From Trichoplax adhaerens (Eukaryota; Animalia; Placozoa), in NCBI RefSeq assembly GCF_000150275.1, contig NW_002060951.1, forward strand, positions 1,808,297-1,872,296: DNA of 64,000 nt, read 5' to 3'. This document shows, in pieces, positions 24,727 through 37,994 of this stretch; within the stretch, counting starts at the first letter, position 1; each line of letters opens with the position of its first letter. The notes below the pieces were generated by a model. That model saw only the letters and a program-made list of their open reading frames with translations. It ran no database searches and was not told where the DNA came from. Both the position numbers and the translations under genes were made by a program.

Positions 24727-27700
24727 TTAATGAAACTTACTAGATGTTGGTGCCCAGCCTGCTTCACTAACGTCTGTATCATCAACTTCAGATTGAGTTT
24801 TTCTCCAAACATGGCGACTGTTATCTTCAAATGTAAAAGTACGTGTGGAATCCAGCCTATTTATTGGATTTGATTCACTTCGGCTACTAATTTGACGGTC
24901 GTCTGGCCTCGAAGATTCCTAATTAATTCCATTTATGTTAATGTAAATCGAGATTAAAATTGTGCTACAAACTAGCATCTTCGTAAGTAAGAATACAGGA
25001 AAGCTATAACTTTGATAACTTATTGAATTATTTTTATTCTTTGCATCATAAACACTGCAAAATGTAATTAATCAGACGCGAAATAGCGTTGATATTAGAT
25101 GAAATGTTGGAGTAATAAACTTGAATCCTTATCAGCATACAATTTTAATATAAAATTTATGCCATCATACACTTTACCAGTTATGATTTAGAAAGTAAAT
25201 TAATGGCTATATGACGTTGTATATTGCAGTTCACTGTAACAGAAGCAATTAGATAAACCACTTAAAAATCTCTGCTGTGCGAATAATATAAAATACTTCT
25301 AGATAAAATCTAAATATTAAACTGAAGTATAGTTTAATTTCATCGATACATCCTTTTATCCCTGTGCTCTATATTAAGGTAAACGTATCCTTCTAACTGA
25401 AGATTGTAATTTTAAGGTAATAGCGTACTACACTTAAATTCCCATAACTTCCGTTATTCTACCTAAGCATGTGCAATTACGTCACTAGGGAGTAATGCTA
25501 CAATTAAATCTTAGTATTCTTTCCCAATGGCTACTTGGTATATAAAGGCTCAGTTATTAAGAGCGAATAAGTATGCTATTAATTACATTACATAAACTAT
25601 AATACGGTTAGTTTTTTCTACGGTATCATATGAAGCTAGCTATTTTCTACTACCTGGTCGGGTGTATAGTCAGTTCTAGCAGTGTTTGTGGATTGTGCAA
25701 AATCTTCAGCACTACGGTAGCCATAACGGCCTTGGTCGAATACACTGCTCTGAACAGCTCTACTTCCACTAGTCGTCGAGAAGGCTAATTATTGCGATTA
25801 ATAATGAAATTAATTGGATTAGTCGATGAATAAATACAACCACCACTTTATAAATCACTTAGCGCGATTACACTTATTACGAATTACCATCATCATCTTG
25901 ATTCGACTTCCATAATGGCTAGACAAATTAGTAGTAGGGAGAGCGGTTGTGAGCGTTACATAGTTGATAATGGATAGAAGACGTAAATAAGAGCAAAACT
26001 AACAGATGCAGTGGTAAACTTACTTGTGATATAATATGCGATAGACTGTTAGTATCACTGACTTGACTCCTAGCTGTAGTTATTTCATAATCTTCGTCAT
26101 CTTGCTCTAATAATAATATAAACCCATTCGATTTAGCAATTAAGACAAGCTAAGTATATCTATTCTCTAGTTAGGTACATAACAATACTGACTGATTTTT
26201 CGAAAAATTAATCAAATTTTCTGAACTAATGATACGGTTTCACATTAATTATAAAACCATCAATCAATTCGTGCATTTAAATTTATCTCAGCTTAAACTC
26301 AAAGCTTCTATTAACGATTAGATAATTCATCAAGTGTAATTTCAAACGTCTAGTTTATCTATATCACTGTAAAGTAAGAAAGAGCTCATTATACAACTAC
26401 TTACAGCTATTAAGGAAAAGTAAACTATAAATTAGTTTAAATAGTTACAGATACTGGCCTACATACGATATTCATGTAATAGAATTTAAAAGCTTAGTGG
26501 TAATATACTGTTTACAATAAATAGTTTGATCTCCTTTAAACTATATATAGCATTTTAAAGAATAAATTATAACGGTATCTTGCAACATAGGATATTTCTT
26601 GCAAGTCTTTTATGCGATTACGGAATCAACTACAAGAAAGAAAATATTACCTTTCAAATTTTCCTGTGGATCTTTATGCTCTATCATTCTAAAGTTACAG
26701 AGAATTTTCCAAATGTTAATAATGTTAAAATCTTATCAACCGATAGTTAGCCGCTTCTTAAAGCTACAGGGGAATTAGTCTAACCTATTAAATTGACCTT
26801 GAATAATAGATTGCATATTTAAGCCTCCTTGTCTATTTATAGCCTAAAGATGATAGAAATAAATAATTGTTACAAGAAATTTATCTTAATTGTTATACTA
26901 ATCGCAATAAGCAGGAACTAGTCTAGTCTATTAATATAAAGGGATCTTTAAAACAAATTTGCTAACCTTTCGTGTAGCCACAGGTGCATTTAATCGCCTA
27001 TTTCGAACCCTCGTTACGCCTTCTTCAGCTAAAGCCGCGGAATCCTCTGAAGTTAAAGACAGTTTTTTCTTACTATCATAGCTAAGTGTTAACAATTTAT
27101 AGCATTTATACAAGTTATGATACAGTATTACTTTAATAAAGGTCATGCAAGACCATAATAAATCTCAGATTTTATAATAAGGACTAAAAATGCTGCCACA
27201 AAAATACTAGCCAATACTTATATTACCCAGTAATTCGTGACTATCGTCGTATTCGTCGTCATTAATAAAACTTTGTTGATGATAGCTTTGATTTTCTATT
27301 CTATTTCCTTCTTGATTAACTAATTCCTAAATTTTCCGTTTCAGTAAAGATTTACATATGAAATTTAATAGAAGCAATTCACTCTATTACCAACTTTAGG
27401 TCAACTAATTCGTAATATCCAAATATAGGATTGAATAGCTAATTTCATCTTTTAAGTATATTAGTAAATTTACATACTTGTAGCTGCTTCTTATGGTTAC
27501 TTTTCAACAATTTAACTTGCTGATATCTTGCAGCTCTAATATGAATTGGCAAGAGAGATGTAAGCAATAGAGTCTAGTTAGTTTGCAATAAGTGTTTTTT
27601 TGTCGTAAATTAAAAGATGATACTTACCGTTGTTTATCAATTGAAGTTGTAGGTGTTGATAAATCATCATAATATTTGCCATGATTTTTGAGCTCATCAG

Positions 27701-30096
27701 AAAGTAGAGAATCACCTTTAGGTAATTTTCGATTTGAAATAGATTGAAGAGAATCCATCAAACCCTATTCAGAATGGTTTAAATGACTATCAGTGCTAAC
27801 CATTATATCATTCAATTCACATCCATGTATGTAATAGGTACATCACAGTCATCTTAATCATATTAAAGTAAAAATATTCAGAAAAAGGTATATGAAAATC
27901 TATGATATCATGTCCTAATTTTTGAAGAACTTACTGCCGGTAAATTTTTTGTATTCCAAGTTTGAGCTGTGTAAATCGAAATTTAAGTCATTTATTTCAC
28001 AGAATTTGGGAATAAAACAAAATTATCGTCAAAAATAAATAAGATTAATCACAAAATATGAAATTGAACTAGTCAAATAAAGGCTCATCCCAGGACTATT
28101 AGTCTAATTGCAGCAATGCTAGATTCTGAGATCTTATGATGAATGCCATGCAGTACTCAGCATATCAAACAACTTACGCCGTTCTATAGATTTACTTTTT
28201 TTCATTCTATTATTAAATAATCATTGGATAATGAAGTAAAAATAGAGTTTAGTGATTTATATTGATAGGAAGGTTATCATAAAATTAAGAAATTTTAGAT
28301 TAAAATATTACTAATTATTAATTTAGTTGCTGACTTACGTTGTTGAAGATGTCATCGAAGTTTGACTGAAGAAGGCATTCAATGGATCGCCTTTGCTACT
28401 TTTATCAAATAACTTATAATCTGGATAGAAAATTAAATATGGCTATAATCTTACTGTTTGTCCGAAAGCATTATAAAATCACTATCCGATTACTTTCTTC
28501 TATGGATTAATTTAAGAGTTGGCAGGAGGTAAATAAGATATTCATTTACGCATTTTATCTACGCTATAAATTATGTATTCACGTTGATCAGATCAACTAG
28601 AATCGTTTTACTGGTGTGCAGTATTATATAACTAGTGCAGGATAAATTTCAGTTAGAACATGTGTTTTTAAACTACGATATTGCTGATATAGGTTACATA
28701 TAGAAGTGAACTCAACCAGTATTTGTGGCACCATCATAAAAAAATATGTGTGAGATCAGAAGGCATACAAGGATTGCCTGTAACAGCATATTTGATAATG
28801 TATAACCTGGTAAAAGACAGAATGTGCTTCTAGTCTTGCTGACTGTATACTAAAATTAGCATAATACATTATACTCTTGGTGATAAAACGAAAAACCTAA
28901 TATTATTAGAGATTTTAGTGCAGCCTAATTTTTAGTAGCAAAAGCAAAATATCAATCGATCAAAACTCTGTAGACAGAAAATGAGATAGTCTTTAAATCT
29001 TTTAAGGTTAGTCAATCTTACTTTGATTGTCAATATCTTGTTCGCCATCATCGGAATAACCTTTTCTGGTCTTAAAGCTATCGGATTGATTGACTTTATG
29101 ACTAGACGTTTTAGTACCACTTAGCCATGGTCTATTATAATCACGAGATCGAGAGCCAACAGCATTCCCATCCGTTAATCCTACTGTTTGCCAGTCCTGG
29201 CTGTAGGTTGTATTATTCAATCGAAAGTCAGAACTTTTTCCTAAATCAAGGCAAATTAGATTTATTTCAGCCTGCATTTTAATGTATAATCATTATTTTT
29301 ACAAGAGCGGGCGATAAAAGTGGAAAGATATCTATAAAGATAAACTTAGTTATACAACTACTCTATAGCTATACCATGGCAAATACGTGGAGGTGTAATT
29401 TTAGTTAAGGTACCTAATGGGGTTCCACGACTTTTCTTATGTTGACTAGGTCCACTTCCAGTCTGTTGTGGTTGAATACTTCCCCAACCTTGATAGCTAT
29501 CCTATACCAGATAACAAATTATGTTACAAATAAGCGAAATGTTGATAAAACAGAATTACATTTAAGTTAGTGCAATCTTTATGTCAATATGATATAATCA
29601 TTCATCTGTTTCCTAATTTCAATCCTGTAGAAAATAAGCTATACAAATGGAAAGCAAATTCTTTTACCTGACTTCCTTTGGATTTATCATCTAATTTTTG
29701 TAAATTCCTAATCATAAACTTAATTGGATCTGGTGGTGTTTCGCGAACTATCTTTTGCATTAAATCCTAGAACAGAACATTAATTATCAATATTGTTAAT
29801 GCGTTATTCATAAATGCTGAACAATTCTATCTCGAATCAGTAATTCAATGACAACAGTTAGGCTTGCTTAGAACGACATCCATGTAACTGAAATTGGCGC
29901 CATTGGTTAAAGGAAATATGCATTTCAATGTGATTAACGTTTCTTACAATAGAATATCAAGGCTAATATTTTAATTTCCGACTAATAAATAACTATGAGA
30001 AATGATAAAATTAAAATAAAAGTTTTGAAATACCTCTAAAACAGAGCTAATACGATGCTTTTCTAAATATAATTCGATATTAACGTTAGAAGCCAT
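24727..30096 (-). CDS. C8orf34: C8orf34-like protein with N-terminal RIIa/Dpy-30-type dimerization-docking domain
   Basis: 17 phase-consistent GT-AG exons: 30096-30034, 29766-29668, 29501-29414, 29240-29022, 28420-28339, 28206-28178, 27966-27935, 27764-27628, 27535-27478, 27326-27227, 27046-26967, 26843-26785, 26688-26651, 26106-26024, 25918-25888, 25784-25654, 24918-24727. N-terminus IELYLEKHRISSVLEDLMQKIVRETPPDPIKFMIRNLQ. RDYNRPW and HELLEDSAALAEEGV recall conserved C8orf34 blocks. Low-complexity exons are less certain. Confidence 0.75.
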
Positions 30097-30301
30097 GGCT
30101 GTTATGACCGTTCTATTCTATCACTATAGTGAAGACTATTTATCAAAAGGCTAAATTCTTCTTTCTTCACCTCCTACTAGAAATCTTTTACAGTTAATAC
30201 AACGTGAACTATTAATCAATAAAGCTATCATACTGATTTAGAACTCTGTTGTTAAGCACTACCCTCACAGCAAAAGATATACAATGACACCATTATCTAA
30301 T

Positions 30302-30343
30302 ATGGCAACTAGATTAACGAATCATAGATTTGTTGTAGCCAAT
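30302..30343. promoter_or_regulatory. Candidate promoter of the C8orf34-like gene: RFX X-box half-site and CCAAT box
   Basis: ATGGCAAC at 30302-30309 and CCAAT at 30339-30343, about 200-250 bp upstream of the ATG. Short motif matches only. Confidence 0.3.
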
Positions 30344-31221
30344 CGATGGCTTGGATAATAATCACATGATACTTGGCAAGCAGTTTTGTTTTAATTGATA
30401 TTTATTGCTATATTATAAGTAATAATTCTGATATAGCAGTATAAAAGCTAAGTAAGTGTCAACTTTAAGTTCATATCCGTAATTGCTATCCATTAAGATT
30501 ACAGGATAAGAACGGTACCCTTAGTTCACGGTTAATATTAATTTATATGATTTTTATCATTATGAAGGTAGAATATCACGTTTTCGTGTAATTGATAACG
30601 TTTGCCACGCCATATACAATTAAGGTAGTTTGATGAAAAATTGAGTGTTTTCATCGATCTTAAATTTTGGATTGTATTTATTTTAATTATAAGGTATCAC
30701 AAATAATAATTAGTTGATCATGGCTAATTAATGCAGTACCGGTAGTCTACTTCGATAACAGCAGGATTGATCTGGCATTGTATTAAATCTCTAGTAATAT
30801 TAAATCCCATTTACCTAACATTGTAATAAACAGAATTGGTAAAGAGTGTTATATTGTATATTTCTGTTCTAATTAATTTTCGAGTAAATGGAGTGATACT
30901 ACTCAATCGATTTTCTGCTAACAGCTATCCTATCTAAAATGAATAGAGTTGCTGGGTAGTATCGTGATATACGTGATATTACAGTTACGATTTTGAGTAA
31001 AAGGAGTGTTATAAGCTACCACATTAATTTTTCTAATAACTTTTACTCTATTTGAAAATGAACTGCTTTGCTATACAGTATAATGATGTTCTTGTATTGC
31101 CGTTATAATTGATTTTTAAATATATGGAGTGTTGTTAGCCATCATCAAAGCTATATAAGAGTATAAATTAGTAAATAACTATAGTATTGAATGTATCATT
31201 GCGATTGTCAGTATTTATTAT

Positions 31222-31843
31222 TGTTACGGTTTAAGATATTTTAATTAACATTGTGATAATGTTATTGAAGTAAAAGTAGACGGTTACGTTTAGATAATCG
31301 TAAAGATTATGATCTGTTGAAAAATTGTGAGGTTCAATCGTTAAAGGACTTCCATTAACGAATGTGTAGAAGTAAGGTACTCAATATGCCAATGACGTGT
31401 AATAACCAAAATGGCGGTTGTCACACGTGTAGGGAATCTGTTAGATCTTAAACAGGATTTAAGTTGTTAATTGGGGCTATAATATTATTAGCGCATAATA
31501 TCAATTAACATATATTTGTCCGATAGTAATTAATAGGATTACAAAGTTATAGAAAAGACTAAGTTATGTATAAGAATAATTAACAGGTTGCAAAGGTGTA
31601 GAATTGATACAAGTATATAAGAGGTTGTAATTTACCTCGCTGGAGAGGAGGAAAATACGGAGACCTAATAAAGTTAGTTTAGTAAATTTATCCAGACGCT
31701 TCTAGTCCGCCTTTTACTGTTGACTGAGGTCCTTCGCGGAAGTAGAGTGAGTAGTGACGCTTGGTGGCAGTTTTACTGTATGACTGAAGAGAGTAGGATA
31801 AGTGTGGAACGGGAACTCGATTGTTGCAAACGACCTTGTGACA
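31222..31843 (+). mobile_element. Solo LTR (family C), 622 bp
   Basis: TGTTACGG...TTGTGACA flanked by exact TSD ATTAT (31217-21, 31844-48); TATATAA at 31614 and AATAAA at 31667. Confidence 0.8.
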
Positions 31844-31985
31844 ATTATAGTTAGTTTTAATTGTGATGATTTATTACTGAATTTTTAATAACTTTGAACT
31901 TGTCTATATTGTGACAATTATAGTTAGTTTTAATTGTGATGATTTATTACTGAATTTTTAATAACTTTGAACTTGTCTATATTGT
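31836..31985. repeat. Perfect 73-bp tandem duplication overlapping the LTR end
   Basis: TTGTGACAATTATAG...CTTGTCTATA occurs at 31836-31908 and 31909-31981, followed by TTGT. Confidence 0.95.
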
Positions 31986-33312
31986 CCATTTAATTCATAG
32001 AGTGCAATATACAGAATTACGTTATCTGCGACTATTATAATTAATTTTTCTATTAAATGGAGTGATATAATAAATAACTGCTATTAATCTTTTGACCATG
32101 TATACTTCATCTAATCAGTTTAAGGATATAATTAAATAAGGTATCTAATTATATAGTAGTAAGATATATTATATCATTTGGGAAGACAGTTTTATAATGC
32201 ATGTTATAATCTTATCAGCTAGTCTACTTGTTACGGCATTATAATTAACATAACGAGAAAACATAATTAGATCATGTTAAAGTATAGCGATAATGGATAT
32301 CTTGTGTTAAGATATAGTGATAATTGATAGTTAGTATTAAAACATAGTAAAAATAGCATAGACAAATGGATATCTTCAGCTAAGATATTATGATAACCGG
32401 TGTTTTGGGTATGTTAATATACCTACGTGTTAGATTAACTAGTAATGTAATCAATTTGTAAATTTAGAAAGTGTATATGCATATTTTGAATAGCAAATAG
32501 AGAGAGGGAAAGAAATAAATAAATTTTTTTGCACATCTTCTATTACTCATTTTTATAGGCTTAGCTACGATAAACTACTAGGCAATTATCTACAAAGTAT
32601 TATGAAGTTACTTGAGTAGAAGCGCCTAACGTTATGTTCATTGGTAGTGTATACAGAAGCTATACAACATTGGTAAGAGAGCAGTGAAAGTTTACAACGT
32701 AAAAGAAGATTTAGATACTGTATAAATGTCTACATAATTTGCATAAGGCATTACGTGAAGAACTACGTTAATTTCGTCATTACATGTAATATGTTATTAT
32801 AATTGTAATTAATGCTTACTATTTTATCTATTTGAAAGAAATATTGATGTTTCAAAATCACTAAATTATAGCTTGAGTTAGATTTTGAAACTGGGTATAA
32901 GTTATTTGAATACTGTACTGTACTGTGATAAAGTGTCTTCTCAAAAATACAACACGAACTACAGTTTCTTGTAAACTTCACTTTATTACATAAGATCAGG
33001 TTCATCTCACAACTACCAAGAACTATCTAAATTATCACAGCAATGTTCACAATTTATATGCAATTCGTTACACAATAATTTTCTTTCAAGCACTATCATA
33101 TCTCACCAATTAAGTTACAAGTTCACATCTAAATTTACCATCACGCTATAAATTCATAATTCGTGCTTCTAATAAAAGCGTTACAATACAAATCTCACAG
33201 TACTACATAATTAGCGTCATTATTATCTCAGAGTCTAAGCATCTCAATACAATTACTACTATACATTCCGTAAACATCTTCCGCAATTAGAAACTTATAC
33301 AGTCTTACGATC

Positions 33313-33897
33313 TAGCGTACAATTTATCAATTTTCGCATTATTCCATAATTTTAGTCTTAAGCTTATTTGGGGCTTCACTACGTGTACATATCGCCTACA
33401 TTCGCATAATAAGTCATTAGTACCTTGTTCACCTTTTATTGATGTACTACTGAGTACCAATAGTGACTCAATATCCTACCGCACTTTGTTATCTGTATTC
33501 TAACATGGAATGTTCATTTACAATCTCCAGTTACGGGCTACTAAATATGCCTTATGATAAATTTAGTAAACTTAGCTATAGTGCATTATAATAGACATGG
33601 CTAATCTATAAATCCAATATTGAATTACGGTAAGTTAAACACGTCAAAATTTACTTCAATCAATCTTTAATCTACTATGCGTGAATATTATGGTGTATTT
33701 AGACTTCACTGTAGTCTTTAGCATATTCTGAAATGTAGACATTTTGTGTTGGACCGAATATAGATAGTTTTACAGTCTATTTCTACTATATTCAAGTATA
33801 GCTTTTATGTTTAGTTATTTATGCATTGTAGTGAAGCCCCGAATAAGCTTAAGACTAAGATTATGGAATAATGCTAAAATTAATAAATTATACGCTA
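33313..33897. mobile_element. MITE / non-autonomous DNA transposon with ~70-bp TIRs and probable TA TSD
   Basis: 33313-33382 is the reverse complement of 33828-33897 with about 5 mismatches; TA at both outer ends; no internal ORF. Confidence 0.88.
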
Positions 33898-36800
33898 CTC
33901 TGTCTGTTTAAGGTAAATTTCATATCCGATTCTATAATCCTGTTCTCTGCATGTGTTCTATCTCTTAATCTATAAATACTGATGATTTCTGTCTTAGATT
34001 TATCAGTTGCACTAGTCACAGTAGTAGTAATTCCTCACCTTACTTCACGACAGCTTACACCCTGATTTACCGTAATTACCGCATTGTACCTCCGTTACCA
34101 CCTACAATAAGGTATCTACTTTCATTAAAACCCCTTGTATAATTTTTGTGAATAGCTACTAAGTCCGCAGCTGCTGACTCTTCGAATCCTTCGTCACAAA
34201 TAAGAAATACAGTATTCTAAACGCAATCACTGTCAACAGATTCTTAATAGATTTTGCATAGGTGGGATAAGTAAGTACGTTAGCTTTTATTAAATGAGTC
34301 ACGGTTAAACATAGGTACGGCATTAGTTAGGACACAACCCGAAATTACCATTTGGATTTATTATTCGGATTATTATAACATTGAAGTATCAACCTTTGAT
34401 TTTTACATCTACGAGATTAAGTCCTGGAATGAATAAGACAAAAAAAGAGACTATACCATAAAGCAGTGCTGGGATCTTTTACGAATAGCAAATAAGGTTA
34501 CTTCAGAGCTACTATAAGTAACGTTTGCTTCTTAATCTCTAATATTGATACAGCACACTAACTATACATTCATCGAATGGCTACATTGCAATAATACTTT
34601 CTAGACATCACAATTTCCCTTTGTAAAGCAATGAATGTCCAGTATAATACTGTCCTCATTAATAAATGGAATCAGTACTGCTTGTTTAGGATAAACACCG
34701 TTTAGCACTTGAAATGATGTTGACATTCCATTGAATCCATAGCTATAATTTATGATAGATCTTTTCCCCAATATAGTTACTATATCTGTAGAGGGCATTT
34801 TTTATCTTTCAATATGATAAACATCATGTCATTAAAAACTTGTTATAATAATTAATTATCCAAGACTTTATTATCAGGACAGATGATGAGATATGCGTAT
34901 GTAATATAAATCATCGCCTAGAAATCAATACACCTGTTGATCACTATTATGTTTACTTGATTTGATACTAGCAGATTTCTTTATTATTTTTTTCTGACGT
35001 ATGTTACTGATAGTGAGCAACACTTGTTATGTTTACCTTATCCGTCATATTCACAAATGAATAATTTTTTCCAGTAAAATAGCCGTACTTACTAATTCTT
35101 GCAGTATTATTTATTATCTCCTGTAATTTCTGAAAAATCTACGGATATCTTACATCAGGAAATAATAGAAATCCTTTAACAGAGATAAGTTATACCTTAC
35201 AATCTTATTCCAGTCCGTTATTCAATCAGCAACCAGCTAAGATGCAACCTCAACCTCTAGCTCATACTTACATGAATATCTTTTCGATCCATGTCTTTGT
35301 CACTATAGCAACTGAAACATCATAATGACGAGGGTACTATAAAACTCTATTATCCTTATTTTTTTAGACGTCAATATTGTCTTATGTTTACGTTAAACAT
35401 ATTGTAATTATTAATTAACGAATTAAGAAAGTTAACCTTTAGATCGATCTTTTAAATTGATGATATTGTCATGATAATGCTTAATTAAGCTTATCCTGTA
35501 CTGTTATGCATATAAATAAGTCACAGTCGCCACCTCGTTGTTTGCATCGATTCTGCGCCTCTACTTAGATCAACGGCTGCTGCAAGGTGGACAATCACTT
35601 CTATTCATGTATCTTAAACTCCAGGAAAAGAGAATAAATGATGGAAATTATATTGATAAAAGAACGCCAGTCCATTAATTCATATTCTATAAGATCAAAT
35701 TGCACCGTAGGAAACAATTAACGAATCAAATCATTACAATTTCACAATCGATGGGCTTCAGCAACATGTCGCCATTTTTTGTCTTCTACGACACCAAACG
35801 TTAAATGGTTAACCTAATAGGAATAAACTTACAGTTTTTTTCAATTTAACAACTATAACCGTTGCATCATTATCATCGATCAAGGTTAGATAAAGAATTA
35901 TTATACATTTTTAAGCCTTTAAGTCATTTTTTTCATCACTCTTTAATATTTAATTCACCAAATTGCTTCCTGATACCATATTGTCTATCAGTATTCGAAT
36001 TTCCATTGACAACTTATAAGTTTGATTGTGATTATTGCGCATATTTTCTCGTTCAGAGTTTAATCTGATGTGAAAGCTTTTGAACTGCTGATGCGATATT
36101 TTCGTCAAAGAGTCAGCGTAGTAATCAACTACAGAGTAAGGTAACGTTATAGTCCCGGAACTTATCCAATTTTATTCTCATACTTGAGTTATAACAAGAT
36201 AGGAATACGTCGATACATCTGTTATATGTAATTATTTCTTTTATTTCACAGCACGCATAGTATCTTTTATCATACATTTTCATGATTTGATCAATTAATG
36301 GATGGCACCATACATTATTTGTTGCCTTTATACATTTACGGATTTCAATTATGATACCAGAATTGCTATAGTACTATAGCTTAGAGTCACTATCATAAAA
36401 CTTTACACTGTATCTTAATTTCACTTGCTTCATTATAACTAGACTTTAGACTATTTAAGATATTCATAACAATTTAGTGAATATTGCTAAAATATATAGT
36501 AATGCTACTAGATCTAGAGTGTAGCAAATAGCTCATCTAAGGATTTGTGAGTTTAATGAACTTCGTAGGATAGACTTGATAGGCTCTACAATATAATTGT
36601 AATTATATTGGCTTTTCAATGGAAGATCTGGTCTAAATCCAATAGCGTATCTATCGAATGATCTATATCAGAGCAAGTGCTTCATACTCAAATCTTTAGT
36701 ATGATCAAATGTTAAACTTCAAAGTTAGAGCAAAGTAATACTAATTACTAAACCCAAATACTTTACTCCAAAAGAAAAAAATTTCTGATGATTTCAAGTC

Positions 36801-37994
36801 TGAACATTTTTAAGAAGTTAAAATACTGTTGCAAGAGTCGCATATTGTATGCAATTGGTTCTGTAATACAGTACCTGGTCCGAACGAATTTTATAATTTG
36901 AAGACTCATGAAAGGATTAGCCTATACCTGCTCTACGGATATAATAAATATAATTGTTACGTGTATCCACTAAAGGAAAAACAACAGAACAATAACGAAA
37001 AAACGTCTTAAAATGGGATATAATAGTAAAATTGCCAGCTTGAATCCTACTACAGACATACAGCAGATTGATGATCTAAGAAATGCTATTGCAAAATATT
37101 CTAAAAAGACGAAAAAATTATGATATTATTCGTTTCTTATAAGGCTGAGTTATCATTAAACATTTGAAGAACTGTTATAATTAAGCTTGTGTCATCATTT
37201 GGCAATGCACTTACAGTCCATTCACTTTTATTAAACTTCGGCACCATTTTGTCCCGCTTATTCCTTCCTAATTTTCGTAGCTATAATCCATTATTCCAAG
37301 CTAGGCTGTGAAATACTTCTGAAATGTTAGCTAAGAGTAGTTTGATACTATGAAATATATTGTAATAGTCGAATGTGTATCCTGTAGAGTTAATTGAAAG
37401 CCAACGTGTTAAATATCAAATAGCTAAGTTATCTAGTCTCTTTACCACGAAATTCGCCAGAAAATGGTATTGAAAATTACGATATTATTCTTCCTATATT
37501 ACGGGATTGTTTGGTTCTATTATAAATCATAAAAGTACAAATCCAGTATTCTGAAAGTGATCATACAGTTCCCTTATACCCGCTCGAGTAGACTTGTAAA
37601 TGTTACTGTTTTACTGTCCCGGTTTGCAATAAAATTTTTAATACATAAGCGGTGAAAGTGCTATAATTTTATAAAAAAGACTATTTTTTGCGAATTATTA
37701 ATTCGAGTTTTGAAACTAGCACATCTTGCAGTTTCATCAGTTCTTATTTGATGTAATCTACGCTTTTTAATTGTTCTTGCTTTAGGTTAAAAAATACGTA
37801 TCGAGCTTAACAGATTCAAGTTTATAGTATTAACTTAGATAATTACTATACCCATGGTCTACTTAAATACATTGGTTTATTACTCTTAGCTTTGATAAAG
37901 TAAAGTATTATCAATTTTAATAGATTATTTCTTATTCTTTAGCCTGGAAAGTAACTAAAATAGCGCCAATTTTAGCCATAGCCAAGGAAGCATC

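Noticed and set aside
31762-31770. TGGTGGCAG resembling a tRNA primer-binding site
   Set aside because: It lies inside the TSD-bounded LTR, is not preceded by CA, and no internal domain follows.
32990-34110. G-poor, LTR-like sequence on both sides of the MITE
   Set aside because: No termini or TSD could be defined.
34601-34798. 65-aa minus-strand ORF, and the other 60-120 aa ORFs of the track outside the modelled genes
   Set aside because: No recognisable domains or exon chains; many are antisense or off-frame shadows of real exons or lie in repeats.
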